Of a stretch of 64,000 nt of DNA, positions 48,720-61,934 are shown piece by piece. The number at the start of each line of letters is the position of its first letter. The stretch's first letter is position 1. The translations under genes and the position numbers were made by a program. The notes below the pieces were generated by a model that saw only the letters and a program-made list of their open reading frames with translations, was not told where the DNA came from and did not search any database. The stretch covers positions 3,472,001 through 3,536,000 of the forward strand of contig CATNEN010000007.1 of assembly GCA_950097015.1 (NCBI GenBank), given 5' to 3'. The DNA comes from Macrostomum hystrix (Eukaryota; Animalia; Platyhelminthes).

Positions 48720-49180
48720 CATGATCCCGATTCGCCACTTGTCCAAATCCCAGAGTCCCAAATACTCGATCCCGATTCTTCACTTGTCCAAATCCCAGAG
48801 TCCCAAATGCTTGATCCCGATTCTTCACTTGTCCAAATCCCAGAGTCCCAAATGCTTGATCCCGATTCTTCACTTGTCCAAATCCCAGAGTCCCAAATGC
48901 TTGATCCCGATTCTTCACTTGTCCAAATTCCAGAGTCCCAAATACTCGATCCCGATTCTTCACTTGTCCAAATCCCAGAGTCCCAAATACTCGATCCCGA
49001 TTCTTCACTTGTCCAAATCCCAGAGTCCCAAATACTCGATCCCGATTCTTCACTTGTCCAAATCCCAGAGTCCCAAATGCTTGATCCCGATTCTTCACTT
49101 GTCCAAATCCCAGAGTCCCAAATACTCGATCCCGATTCTTTACTTGTCCAAATCCCAGAGTCCCAAATGCTTGATCCCGT
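48720..49180. repeat. 45-bp minisatellite (CACTTGTCCAAATCCCAGAGTCCCAAAT[GCTT/ACTC]GATCCCGATTCTT)n
   Basis: About 10 copies, in BCL11-like intron 1. Confidence 0.94.
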
Positions 49181-51717
49181 TTGCTTTATTTCCACAGACT
49201 TGGGTCCAATCTGTTATTTGTTGGTCGCCCGAGAATATTTTTATATTCGTATGAATCCCTATTTTTATTTCTCTCTCGCTCGCCACCTCGCCGTCCGGTG
49301 GCGTCCACCTTCTCCCATTCGCCCTCGTCCTCCGCCCCGGCCGCATTCGCAACTGACCAGTGGTAGCCAGTGGCCATTGCGGGGAAGGGGAGATTTTCTT
49401 CCCCAGTCCAACCTCACCCAGCGGACAGCGGGATTCCGGTTGGTTTAGCAGGGAATAGCTACCTGGGACTTAGGATAAATAAGGCGGATAGACAGGCAAA
49501 TTAGTTTTATTTCGATTTAGAAATGAAAAACAATATTTATTAAATTTCTTTTGTAGATTCTATAAGCCATACGTATGTACAGTCGCAGTTATTGTGCACT
49601 ATAAAAGCCTTGCTTGCTGACTTAAAGCAGAATTTTTATTATCTCAAATTTTCTTTCCTCTGACCAGTCACTGGGTGCTAAGCAGTGGGTGACCACTGAT
49701 TAGAAGTATTTGGGTCTGGACAGAGGTACACTGCCCATATAGTGTTATGGGCAGTGTTAAAATGGTCAGCCCTTTTAGTTATCTGAGTTAGGCCTATTAT
49801 TTAGTCTGGTTTATGGTGTCTCAAGGGTGCATTTGCACCAGAGGACATGCTAGCCAGTGCCGAGTAATCAGACAAAAACCTGACTGAGTAAACTGACTGA
49901 CTGATAATATTCATACTAGATTTTACAGCTAGAAATGAACTTGGTCATAGCTGTTTATTCAATTTTCATTTGGCTCATAGCAACAATTAACTGGTCGCAT
50001 ATTTGTCTTTTGTTCACAATTTCGCATCGCACGCAGGAGTCACATTTCTCAGCAGCAACAAGCAAAAAAGTATTTATCAAATTCTGATGATTTTCTAATT
50101 TTGTTATAATTATAAGCAACTTTTTTGCAACAACAAAGCGGAGGAACACGCGGTTAAAGAAGGAGGGCACAATTCGACGGGTTTCAGATTACCTGTCTTG
50201 TATACAGGCAGGCTGGTCACGCACAGCTCCCAGAATGAAAAACTCATTCGCATGGAGATTGTCTTTCAAAAAGAAGACGAAAAAAAACTTTACCGGACAA
50301 CAACAACAACCCCCACACTGACAGACAGCCCCCATCGTCTCATTTTTTTGGCAACCGTCTCCTCTTTAATGTCCGGCTAGCTCTTTGTTCCCGTCTATGA
50401 AGTAAGTCTTTGTCGCTATTGCAAGCAAGCGCAGGGTTGACCATTTTTTGGCAATTGGCATTTACGAGTTCATTGTAAATGGCTGGTCATATTTTCTAGG
50501 CCTTTTTTATCTCGAGTAGACCAAACAGCCAACGGAATTGGGGCTGGGTCTGAGAATAAGGACTAAATATTAATGGTCATAGATTTATCAATTTGAGTCC
50601 AACAGGGTAGGAAGGTCGAGTAGAAAACACAAATTTCGAGATTACGTAAGACAGCCGCACAGCACACGCGCGCGGGGGTTTTCGAGGCCTGTTAAAAAAG
50701 CCTTCCAGTCGGGCGCACAACTTCGGGTTGGTCCCGACTAGGACCTGTGGCTCTCGAGCATTGTTGGAAAATCATTTGAAAGAACTGGTTCCTCACCACA
50801 CACACATACGCCTCAGTCACAAAAATATGGCTCTGGGACCATATCCCTATACTCAAGTGTCAAAACTATTGAAATATTTATTGCACGCACAGCGAAAGGT
50901 GGTGCGTTTTTTATGGAAATTGACTTACTGGTCTGAGCAAACTGAACCCCAACAACCTGACCAGACTATGCGAACCGAATAGAAAAATTTAGTTGCTAAG
51001 TCAGCCAGAAACCCATGATAGCTGATTGCTATTATAAGATTCCACGAGGAAGTCAATGGACTGTGATGCTGCACAAAGACCACAATATTCATATTGAGTC
51101 AGTCTTGATTCCAATTTTGACCTATAGAGTCAAGCGCATAAATTATTAATTAGTTTCTTAGAAGGTAGTAATACTTCCTGCTGTAGAATGTATTGAAACC
51201 GCAGGCCAGCACCAGAAAAGTATGGGCGCACCTGCCTGATGCGGCTGCCTCATTAAATTTCAAATCCAAATCGAATTGTGATTCACGGTCGCAGCTAATT
51301 TCGCTACAATTATTTTTCAAAGGACCATTTTCTTTTTCTAGACTGGTTGGGTGCTGAAGATTCAGAAGCCAATGCAGTTTTTTCTCTTCAATATGCACCA
51401 ACCAGAGACCAGAGAGTCCGGTAGCACTCGAACCTTTGTGAATCTATGCATGAGCTTTGCTCTTGGAATCGTACTAAATGCAAATAAGATGCGTCACACC
51501 GGCCCTCAGAAGAAAACAGAAGCACACCCTCTCTCACATGATGAATTGTCCATTATACGGGACACCATTTCGGTACCTCGAAATCCACAGTTCGATTTGT
51601 GGCTAGAAATTTCTGCCCAACGAGAGCCGTGTGCCCTGGGCGCATAAAATTTGTAATTTAGACTTACATTCTTAGAAAACAGAAGTCCGGGGGTCCTTCA
51701 GGGGACAGCTTCAAGAT

Positions 51718-51720
<3 letters not shown>

Positions 51721-51786
<66 letters not shown>
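51721..51786. repeat. (CAG)n triplet microsatellite
   Basis: About 21 perfect copies. Confidence 0.95.
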
Positions 51787-51788
<2 letters not shown>

Positions 51789-54700
51789 TGTCGTTCGGTT
51801 ATAACCTCGCATTGGGAATTCAAGATTGCATTTGTACCCAGTTGAGAATTATTTAGAATTTCTTAAAACAACTAATTAAACTAATGTGAGGCTGCTAAAA
51901 TGCACGCTATCATATAAGATGTTATGGCATTCATGGGAAAATATTCCCCTGGGGCGAAATATTTGCTTGCTAGAAATAAAAGACAGTTTTTTTGGCACAG
52001 TTTTGCTGCAGCCACCATGCAAATTTCTCCCTAGCGGGGTACCTCGCTTGGGCTGGCGACCGCTTCAGGTGACATGGAGGCGGGTTGGCCGCTCGGTGTC
52101 AGCGCCTTGGGGGTATGGACACGCATAAAGAGCCGTCGGAGGCAGTCGAATGGGCCATCCAGTCCGCACCGGGCCGTCATGCGGGTCTGCAAACTGGAGC
52201 AGTGCTGGGACCAGATCGGCAAGAACTGGTGTCCGTAGAACAGGATGCATTGCGGGCTTGCACTGGGGTGGGCCGTTGTCCCCACTAGACAGGCCATTGG
52301 GGAGAGGAGTTTGAGGCTCGGGTGTCGGATTATCAAAGATTTTTTCTTTGTTCGCGGCGCTCGCGAAATCGACATTTTTCCACCGCAGTGGCTAGCTAGA
52401 CAACGCTGCTCCTGCGTGTGTTTGCTTCACTAGCAACCGGATCGGGTGTCATCTAGCTCGTACTTCACAAAATCCTCGTAGGTCAACTTGAAGCCCCGGC
52501 TTAAGAAGCCATATCAGGTGTTAGAAGGCCAGCTAGCCAATAGGGCCCATAGACAATGGCTCTGACACCTTTTATTTAGTTTTTGGCTGCTCTAGTTTAG
52601 CCTGCGAAGCTAAGAAGGTGGGTGGGTGTTGGCTTCGGGGGCTGCAACGGCTATTAAGCACTATATAGTGTGGGACAATGCACCGCACCAATTGGGATCC
52701 CCTTAGCAGATCCCCAAACAAAGACGGAAGTATAAAGAGAGACAGTCAGTGATGGAGAGAAGATGGTCTGTAAGTTGAGACGATCAGCGCTGTTTGTCCA
52801 AGGACCTCCCAGTCCGCGTGGCCTCCATCACGGGACCAAACAAGGCACCCGCTGAGTTTATACGTTTGATCGTGATAATCCGCCGATTTCGGCCCCGTTC
52901 TCTATACCTGTCCCCCTCCTACTGTCCTGTCCGTCAGTCTCTCTTTAGCTGATTGCTTTCATTTTTGCCGACCGTGTGGGCTTGTGCCGAAAAGCATGGT
53001 TTAACATGCTGGAGAGCACCGCAGTTGGCCTGCCTATATTTCTCTTCGTAGGTCAGGTAGGAACTCGCGGCAATGGGCTAATGCGCAGTGTTATCATTAC
53101 ACTGTACCAGCAGCCCCGCCAGCCCAAGCCTATAGTAATAAACAGGTAAACAAGGCCATTTTGTTTACGTTTTGCAGTCAGTGACTGCGCTTGACCAAGG
53201 AGGGGTCCCATCACTGGGTGGCATATAAGGGGTCGGTTTCGATATCGGCTGGTGCTAACCGATTAACTTGGCTGCCGCATCGGGATTAATATCCCAACTC
53301 CTCCACCTACCGGTCCATACAAAATTTTTGTTTTAATGCGCAAATCTAACACAGCTTCTTCGCTCCTCATCGCTCCTAATCTTTTCATCCCACCTTTTTC
53401 TCAGGGGTGGAAGGGCGGTCGCTGTGTGTCGCTGCTTATTCTAAAATGGAAAACTGATCGAACAGCCAAGGCGACTATATATCACACAGAAATCTTGTAC
53501 CACCACAGCCTGGAGGACATTGCGAGCTGACGAAAAATCCCGCGGGCCACTCTCGAGAGAGAGAGGAAAAGGGGAAGAAAATTATGGGGAGATTATAGGC
53601 GGCAGCTCAAGTAAAAACTTCTACTACATTAGATACCTCCTTCCCGATACACCTTCCTGATCTCACCTTGCTCACCTCCAAACTGCCTCCTTCCTCTCGG
53701 CTTCCTAATTTCTCGGATGTGGATAAAATTAATTTCGCTCGACTCTCCCTGATGATGAGGAGAAAATTTCAAAGCCATGAAAATGACCGATTTCCGGATT
53801 AAAATGTCGCAAAGCCCTCGCCATGTACACGCATTGTGAGGGAGAGTGAGTGAGTGACGGAAGCTGCAACCGAAAGTCGGGGCCAAAGTGTTACTGGGCA
53901 CGAAATACGCCGGCCAGAATCTATACTACCCATCGGTAACTCAATGAAATGGCCACTGAATTAAGCCTGCATAGAAAGAAGATTTAGCTTTCAATGATTG
54001 CGTGTATAGCCTCAAGCCAGGCCGTTTCTAAGAAAGGCTGATTACTGAGTTCCGGTGCCGAGGTTTTCGCTATAAATGCCGGTGAGCATAGAAATCAGTC
54101 ACTTCGTGTTGGAGGCCTTGCCTATAATATGCACGGAGTGAGGTACATTTTTTCATCGTGTTCATGGACTGTCACTTCACTGACTGTTTTCAGCTGCTGC
54201 TGCTGCTGCTACTGCAGCTGTTCCTAAAACAGGACCGCAGCTTAGTTGAAGGTGGTGCGCGTGGTGCTGTCAATCGCTAGGGGACAGCGGGTTGATGGTT
54301 GACCAGATGCAAGTACACCATGCTGGACTAGCTACAAAAAATCAAAGCCCTGTAATGTTGATGTTGCCTGAAAGGTATAGAGAGGGATAGAGCGGGGAAG
54401 GAATGATTTCAGTAAATTCTCCCAGTGATGCCTCTGTATTATAGCTAGCCTGACAAGCTGTCTGAACGAAAATTCTTTAATATCTGCATCCCAGCAATGG
54501 GATGTAGCACGCGCCTAGGCATTGCTGTTGCTAAGTCAGTGTCGAATCTGCCATCATGGCCACCTAGCCGCAAATTGAAAGCTTTGCCTCGGCCGCAGCC
54601 GAACAAGCGAAAGTGTTTTTATTTGTCTTTTATTTTTTTAAAAGCTGAGAAACTTCAGCGAAGTAAGGAAAATAGGATTGCAAATGTCTTGAAACACCCC

Positions 54701-55406
54701 AGTCTGTTATACAGTTCCACTGACCAGCCTCTGAAATACTGCGCGTTACATTCTTGTCGGAAAAATAGTCCAAAGCATATGGGTAATGACACTTTAGCTA
54801 CAGGATATTTATACTATATGGACTGTTACTAATATTGAGGAGGCTTATAATGTGAGGGTATAAGTACGCTAGACATTAGCTAGACAAACTGAACCCAGTG
54901 TCCGAGAGTCCTCCAACTAGAATTCTAGACAATATACAAAAGCTAAGCATGGTTTATAGCTAGTAGTAATAAATAACTTGCTTCTTGACAGTGATTTTGT
55001 ACAAGGCTATCAGTGCACTAGCACCCCACCATTTTAAAATAGCTTAAACTGCATACCAGACCACAGGCTGGGGATATATGTCATAGCATACTTTGTCTGT
55101 GGGTGTATACAACACACACAAACACGAAAACAAATATCTAGGGTGCGCCAAACAAGTAAATGAGACACATTCAACTGTCCAATAATAGAGGCAGCTTCAC
55201 ATGCACGAATGCTGCAGCATGGGCAATACTGATGTTCTACAACACAGGGACTGGCTCAGCTTTCCAAGCTTCTCTAGTCGTCTCCTTTGCTTCAGGAGGT
55301 GGGGCCAAAGGGCAGGAGACGTCATTGATGAAGCCGCTGCTGACTTTCATATATCAAATATGAAATTGCTGGTTTCAAATTCTATGCCATTGCAAAAAAA
55401 CGCTGC

Positions 55407-55461
<55 letters not shown>
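55407..55461. repeat. (GCT)n triplet microsatellite
   Basis: About 18 copies. Confidence 0.9.
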
Positions 55462-55464
<3 letters not shown>

Positions 55465-55703
55465 TCCGCGGAGCATTCCAAAGTTCCACTGGGATCCGTA
55501 AACACCTTGTCGAAATTTCATTCATCAAACGAAAATTAGTTTCGTCGGCAATATTCTAGGAATGTCGGGTCCATTTTTGGGCACTTTTTAGGGGCTAACA
55601 TTGTGCTTAGTTTCTGTTTCTGTTGTTGGGATTCTAGAAAAATGCACCAGTTTTAGCAAACTGACCAACTGGGGGTAAACTGTTTGTCATAATCGTACCG
55701 GAT

Positions 55704-56062
55704 AAGAGGTGAGTGGCAGAGAGGTCAACGCATTTGCCTCTCGCACCAAGGTCCCTGAGTTCGATTCCGCGGCGAGGCCACATTTATTTGGGGCGCAGCC
55801 GCGGAGAGAAGGCTTGGGGGCTTGTCGTGCAATTTACACACTTGAGGGCCAACCTCCAACGCACAGTGAGAGTGTACACTGCCTGACGATGAGAAAGTCA
55901 GTGCAGATGTACGCCTGTGTGAGCGTGTGCCTGCGTACAGTGTCTGCGTGTGTGCTCAGGAGTCAGCGAAATGTGCAGAATTGCCTCCTCGCTGGCTGCG
56001 GGTCTAGTGTCACCAGATCATGTGCCATTGCCCGCAGCCCTCCTGCAATTATTAGTGTTATT
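55704..56062 (+). mobile_element. SINE family A, full-length copy with 12-bp target-site duplication
   Basis: A-box-like TGGCAGAGAGG, B box GAGTTCGATTCC, body as at 32785, ATT tail. Flanked by ATCGTACCGGAT at 55692-55703 and 56063-56074. Confidence 0.92.
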
Positions 56063-59000
56063 ATCGTACCGGATTATAGAAGAAATTGGGTAAATTTTAC
56101 GATAGCTATTTTGAGACTTTGTCTTCATGAAGACAGCATAAAAATCCATGTCGGAGTCCACCAGAAGGTGTCAAAAAATGTGACCTGCAGTCGCCCTCTC
56201 GCCCGAAGGCTATTTAGAGATTGATGAGGCAGAGGGAACAGTGTGCCAGCTGTTCACAGTTTTAATAATCGCTCTAGTTTTTTAGCTCAGAACTTCCGAA
56301 ATCGCCCTGGACCAAAATATCTAGTAGACGAGGCTTGGTTTTTTGCTCAAGTTTGTCTCTGTCAAACAAAGACTGACGCCTCATTTGAGGTGCCGCATAA
56401 TTCAACTCTATAGCCCCCACCTGGGCTCCAACTGACTCATAACTCACCGACACCGCAGCTCCTCCCCTCCGTAGACCTTGTGGACACCTGTTAGCCAGGC
56501 ACACGGTGGTTTACTGTCTATGGGCCAACCCGCCAGTTCTCCCATAGACAAAAAAGCTCTCGCAACCCCGCGGTGACCCACTCGAAGACCCACTCACCGA
56601 TTCGACCATGGAAGCAAGGCTACTCAAACTTCTGCTCAGTCGGCAATCAAACTTATCAGTTTTTTTGTTTAAAAGGGGAAGTAATTAGACAGCTGAGTGT
56701 CTGCGGCTCCCCTGTCTCTGGGGTGCAGGCCGACGGTGACCTGTCAATTTATAATTATTCCCAATTCGTCGAATAATTCTCATACAGTCTCTCAACAGAA
56801 TATACTGGCGCATGTATTTGAGCAGACTTAACCTAGCGATTGAGTTAGGCAAAAAACAATGCAAATTAAAATACATTGTTCGACCAGAGTTTCGCAACAG
56901 TCCTCATACTCGCATATATTCTCCATTGTTCTAATCCGAGAGCCTGGCCGTACTCCATTTAATTTCGCGATTCCCCAACATCCAATCTCGATGCATTTCG
57001 CCCATTCCCAACAAGTGCAGATTCGCATACCAACCCACATTCAATGCTCATAGAACCCCTGACACCAGTAGATGCAGATCAGGCCCTTGAGCAGTCTCTC
57101 AGTGGCACAAACACTCAAACACTCAAACGCTCAGCCAGTGAATCAGCATCACAGCTCTGCGTTCGGTCTTTTGAAATTCAAATCATGTCGACTCTCAGCA
57201 GCCCCTACTCAACAGGCTGGCTGGGTGTCCGTCTCTCGATCCCAAAGCCTACTTTTATTCCCAATTCTATTCTCCCCATGGGGTTGGTGCGGGCTGACGC
57301 AGGGACCAATATAGGGGATTTTTCAGTAGGACGCTGCAAGGAAAGTGAAGTGGTTGAAGGCCCGCCTTCAAATCCTCAACGCATTGAGTTTAAGACAAAA
57401 CATTTTTTCCCTGATGATGGACACGGAGGCTGCAACAATGCTAAACCTGGAGGGACCAAAATTGACAATTCCGTGCGCGCTGTGATTGAGATAGAGAAAA
57501 CAATGACAGCACAGACCCGCATCAGCACATTCCCATCTGGATTGGGGATTCCCGCATTCTTCAAACCAAATCCCAGGTCGATTGCCACTTGTCAGCTGTT
57601 TGGAAATGAGAAATAAAAAATGCATTTCTGTGACGATTGCTTTTTAATCCCCAGTGAAAACATCCTCAGGCTTGAGCTCAAATTTCTGTCGAGATTTTTC
57701 CCTAGCATTTTTTCTGTTACCTGCAATATGCCGATGGTAATGTGCGCGAAGTCTTTGACCGCGAAAAATCGTTTTGAGGTTGCTTTGCAACTCTCATCTC
57801 TCCCCTCTCCTTTCCCTCTCTCCTCTCCGCTCTCCCCTCTCTCCCCTTCTCTTTCCTCCTCTCCCTTCACTCCTCTACCTTCTCCCCTCGCTGCTCTCCC
57901 CCTCTCTCCCCATTCTCTTCCCACTCTCCAGTCTGTCCCGAGTCCCATTCTGTGGAGCTGTCCAGGAAGGCTGTGCAAAAACAAGCAATTTAAAAAAAGC
58001 TCACAAGTGGCTGGTGTCCGCTCAGTGACCGAGAAATAGCGGGACCAGCTGTTCCGGTCCTTTCCCAGCCGGACTGGGAATCGAACACGGGGAGCAGTTT
58101 CCTAGGGAGGAGGTGGGATGATTGGACAAAAAACTCCCCTCCGCAGAACAAAAATGGTCCCACAACACTCGTAAAGCTGAATAATTTTCGCTTCTGCGCT
58201 CAGGAAAAAAAGCTTTTTTACTCGGCAGAAGCGGACGAGAGAGGAGAAAAAATTATAATTTTTTTAGGAAGCGAATTGCGGCCCGCTTGGTCGAATCTCA
58301 AGCGGCCATCTCCTCTTGACCATGCAGGACCTCTCAAAGCAGGCCTCCATATGCCAGGGCCCCTATGTAAGCCTCCGTGTCACGCGTTGTTAGGCTTCAA
58401 AAATAAAAAACACACTACGAAGCCCGTGTGTCCAAGTCCAAACAGAAGCAGACTGATTGGTGTGCGGCTTTGATGTGTTTTTGACGACAACACTGCAACC
58501 ATATATAATGAGCTGAAGATATGCTCACACAGTGGGGGGCACTGACCCCCGTATGCCCCCTGGTCATACTCAAAGGCCATAGAGATAATTGCATTAGTCC
58601 TGGACAGACTATAGGCTAGTTTATGTTTTCCCCGTACTAGCAACAAAACACTTCGGAGTCTAAAAAACGGCATAAAAAATAGGTGCCAAAATTTTATTTG
58701 TTCCCATGTGAGCGTGTGTGTTCAGGCCGGACCCCAGTGCGTGACACACCAACCCCTCTATGGTCTCGAATCCCAAACGAATTGATAAAAACACATCCCC
58801 CTATATAAAATAGAGCTGGGGTTGGGGTTGATTTTGTTAGTTTCCATGCTGGCTGTCCTGTGCGCTGTGTTATTGGCATAGCTTATCTATTCACCTGACT
58901 AATGGGCTTCAGAACTGATTTGCTGGCTTGGCCAGATTTAGAATGTGTCGAACCCACGGTCGCCCCTCTCGAATCTCGAATCGGTGACCGGGGCCTTGGG

Positions 59001-59328
59001 GTTGAAGAATCGCAGAACACAGACTCTGAGTAGCTTGGGAACAAAGACGCATTGATTTTATTCGTGCTCTATGGCTAGTTAGCTGTTGAGATTTGCTCTT
59101 TAACCAACAAATTGAGATGATTTCTTCTGGGTAGTTGCTGTGGAACTAAAAACCAAAAACCAACTCAAACTCAAGAGGAAGTAAAAACTGATATTCATGG
59201 CTGATAAGGTTAATTCTTATGAATTCTGAGCACAGGGCATAAGTCTTCTTGTGGGCTGGTTAAAAACAGACTGTCTTGTGTACATCACGGCAGCATCTAA
59301 ATTATCGTGTAGACTCAAATTTACCTAA

Positions 59329-60600
59329 GACAGAGACACAGGAGAGGCATAGACAGAGACACAGGAGAGGCATAGACAGAGACACAGGAGAGGCATAGAC
59401 AGAGACACAGGAGAGGCAGACAGAGACACAGGAGAGGCATAGACAGAGACACAGGAGAGGCATAGACAGAGACACACGAGAGGCATAGACAGAGACACAG
59501 GAGAGGCATAGACAAAGACACAGGAGAGGCATAGACAGAGACACAGGAGAGGCATAGACAGAGACACACGAGAGGCATAGACAGAGACACAGGAGAGGCA
59601 TAGACAGAGACACAGGAGAGGCAGACAGAGACACAGGAGAGGCATAGACAGAGACACAGGAGAGGCATAGACAGAGACACAGGATAGGCATAGACAGAGA
59701 CACAGGATAGGCATAGACAGAGACACAGGATAGGCATAGACAGAGACACAGGATAGGCATAGACAGAGACACAGGAGAGGCATAGACAGAGACACAGGAT
59801 AGGCATAGACAGAGACACAGGATAGGCATATACAGAGACACAGGATAGGCATATACAGAGACACAGGATAGGCATAGACAGAGACACAGGATAGGCATAG
59901 ACAGAGACACAGGATAGGCATAGACAGAGACACAGGATAGGCATAGACAGAGACACAGGATAGGCATAGACAGAGACACAGGATAGGCATATACAGAGAC
60001 ACAGGATAGGCATAGACAGAGACACAGGATAGGCATAGACAGAGACACAGGATAGGCATAGACAGAGACACAGGATAGGCATAGACAGAGACACAGGATA
60101 GGCATAGACAGAGACACAGGATAGGCATATACAGAGACACAGGATAGGCATAGACAGAGACACAGGATAGGCATAGACAGAGACACAGGATAGGCATAGA
60201 CAGAGACACAGGATAGGCATAGACAGAGACACAGGATAGGCATATACAGAGACACAGGATAGGCATAGACAGAGACACAGGATAGGCATAGACAGAGACA
60301 CAGGAGAGGCATAGACAGAAACACAGGATAGGCATAGACAGAGACACAGTATAGGCATAGACAGAGACACAGGAGAGGCATAGACAGAGACACAGGAGAG
60401 GCATAGACAGAGACACAGGAGAGGCATAGACAGAGACACAGGAGAGGCATAGACAGAGACACAGGATAGGCATAGACAGAGACACAGGAGAGGCATAGAC
60501 AGAGACACAGGAGAGGCATAGACAGAGACACAGGAGAGGCATAGACAGAGACACAGGAGAGGCATAGACAGAGACACAGGAGAGGCATAGACAGAGGCAT
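59329..60600. repeat. 23-bp minisatellite (AGACAGAGACACAGGA[G/T]AGGCAT)n
   Basis: About 55 copies. Confidence 0.96.
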
Positions 60601-61660
60601 AAAGAGAGAAACACAGAAGTAAATCATTAGCGATTAATTTCTGGCTGATTGAGCAGCAAGGCCTTGAGCACATTGGCCACTCTTGTCTGGTCCATCGGCA
60701 AGCCAAGTGTTCCCTTTTTCTTGCATTCGGCTCGCAATCATATTTTTATTGTCCAACTAAATACTCTCGCAAGGGAGGCCCGCTTGCCCGGTGCCATACT
60801 CGACTGAGCAGTGCGCGAGAACACGACCTCTCGAGGATCTCAAGTTCTGCTCAGTTGCTGTGGCTCGTTGATTTAAGGCCTGACCGACCGACTGGTAGCC
60901 AAGTCACACAAAAATGATTATGGGGCTCGCGGTCGAGGGGGGTTGATTTGAAAAAAGAGACCGAAGCTCGGGAGTCGAGTGGGAAGCAGAGAGCTTAGAA
61001 TGGAAAAATAATATGACAAGCCCAGCCTCGAAATGTTCTGGCATGTGTGTGTGTTAAAAAATATAATTTACCTCCCCTTCTTCGTCGACCAAAGGTCTCC
61101 TATTACGAGTTGCCTTGATTGACGTTCGAGTGACTTTAAGTGACAGGGCCTCCGGGCGCCGGGGTGGGGTCCGGGGGTGCGGCAGGGCCTTCTTGTTGCG
61201 GTGGGGGCAGCCGGCAAGCAGGTTCACCCGGGCAATCACGGCCGGGCAGAAAAAATGATCGTCGGAGGGTCTCGCGGGGACGGCCCCCCGTCAAACCCCT
61301 GAGAGCCCCGACCCCCCAACCAGACGACCCCGCGGACCACATCCAGTGGATATTCGACCAAGGGGCCACTTTTTTATCTTCGGCCCACCCCCCTCCGCTG
61401 CGATGGATTCGCCATTCGCCCACCGGTGGGCCGCCGAGCCGCATCTGCCGGAATTCCCACACACTCCGGAGGCCAACCCCGTGTGCCCACGGAGTGAGAG
61501 AGGGGGCAGATAAGGGGGCGGAGAAGCGCACAGATTTAAAGGGCTGATTATATTTTTATAGTCGAGAGTTCCCCCCAAAGCTCTTTGTTTGGAACGAAGA
61601 TTTCGCATAAAAAACCCCTGCAACAAAAAGTTATTCAATTTTTTTCTACCTTTCCCTCAG

Positions 61661-61840
61661 TCGGTCCAGAGATGTCGGGCACTGTGGCCGCTGACAACAA
61701 CGGACTTCTGCCGGCCGGGGAGGACGCCCAGGACGGCGGTCCGATCTGCGTGGGAGTCGCCGTAAAAGAAGAAGGCGACAGCGGCGGCAACAAGGAGCGT
61801 CTGGCTTTGCGGGACGTTGGCACAAATACGCACTACAGCG
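61661..61840 (+). CDS. BCL11: Internal coding exon of the BCL11-like gene (phase 1-1)
   Basis: Strong acceptor TTTTTTTCTACCTTTCCCTCAG| and donor G|GTGAGT. Encodes GPEMSGT...RDVGTNTHYS and joins in frame to the zinc-finger exon. Confidence 0.75.
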
Positions 61841-61934
61841 GTGAGTCTTTTGACATTGTCCTTGATTTAGCAAAGGAATAAATATGAGCTCAACTGGATG
61901 TCTATGGCCAAACCTCACCGCCTCCTCTTCGCAG

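Noticed and set aside
51683-51787. (CAG)n segment as an extra poly-Gln/Ser BCL11 exon
   Set aside because: Available acceptor/donor pairs give phase 0-0 or an early stop, not the 1-1 phase needed. The (GCT)n segment near 55400 fails in the same way.
57044-57616. 190-aa ORF in BCL11-like intron
   Set aside because: No recognisable domain or convincing exon structure; plausible by chance in 10 kb of unique sequence.
58050-58100. Additional SINE or tRNA (minus-strand GTTCGATTCCC)
   Set aside because: Isolated B-box-like motif with no A box and no body homology.
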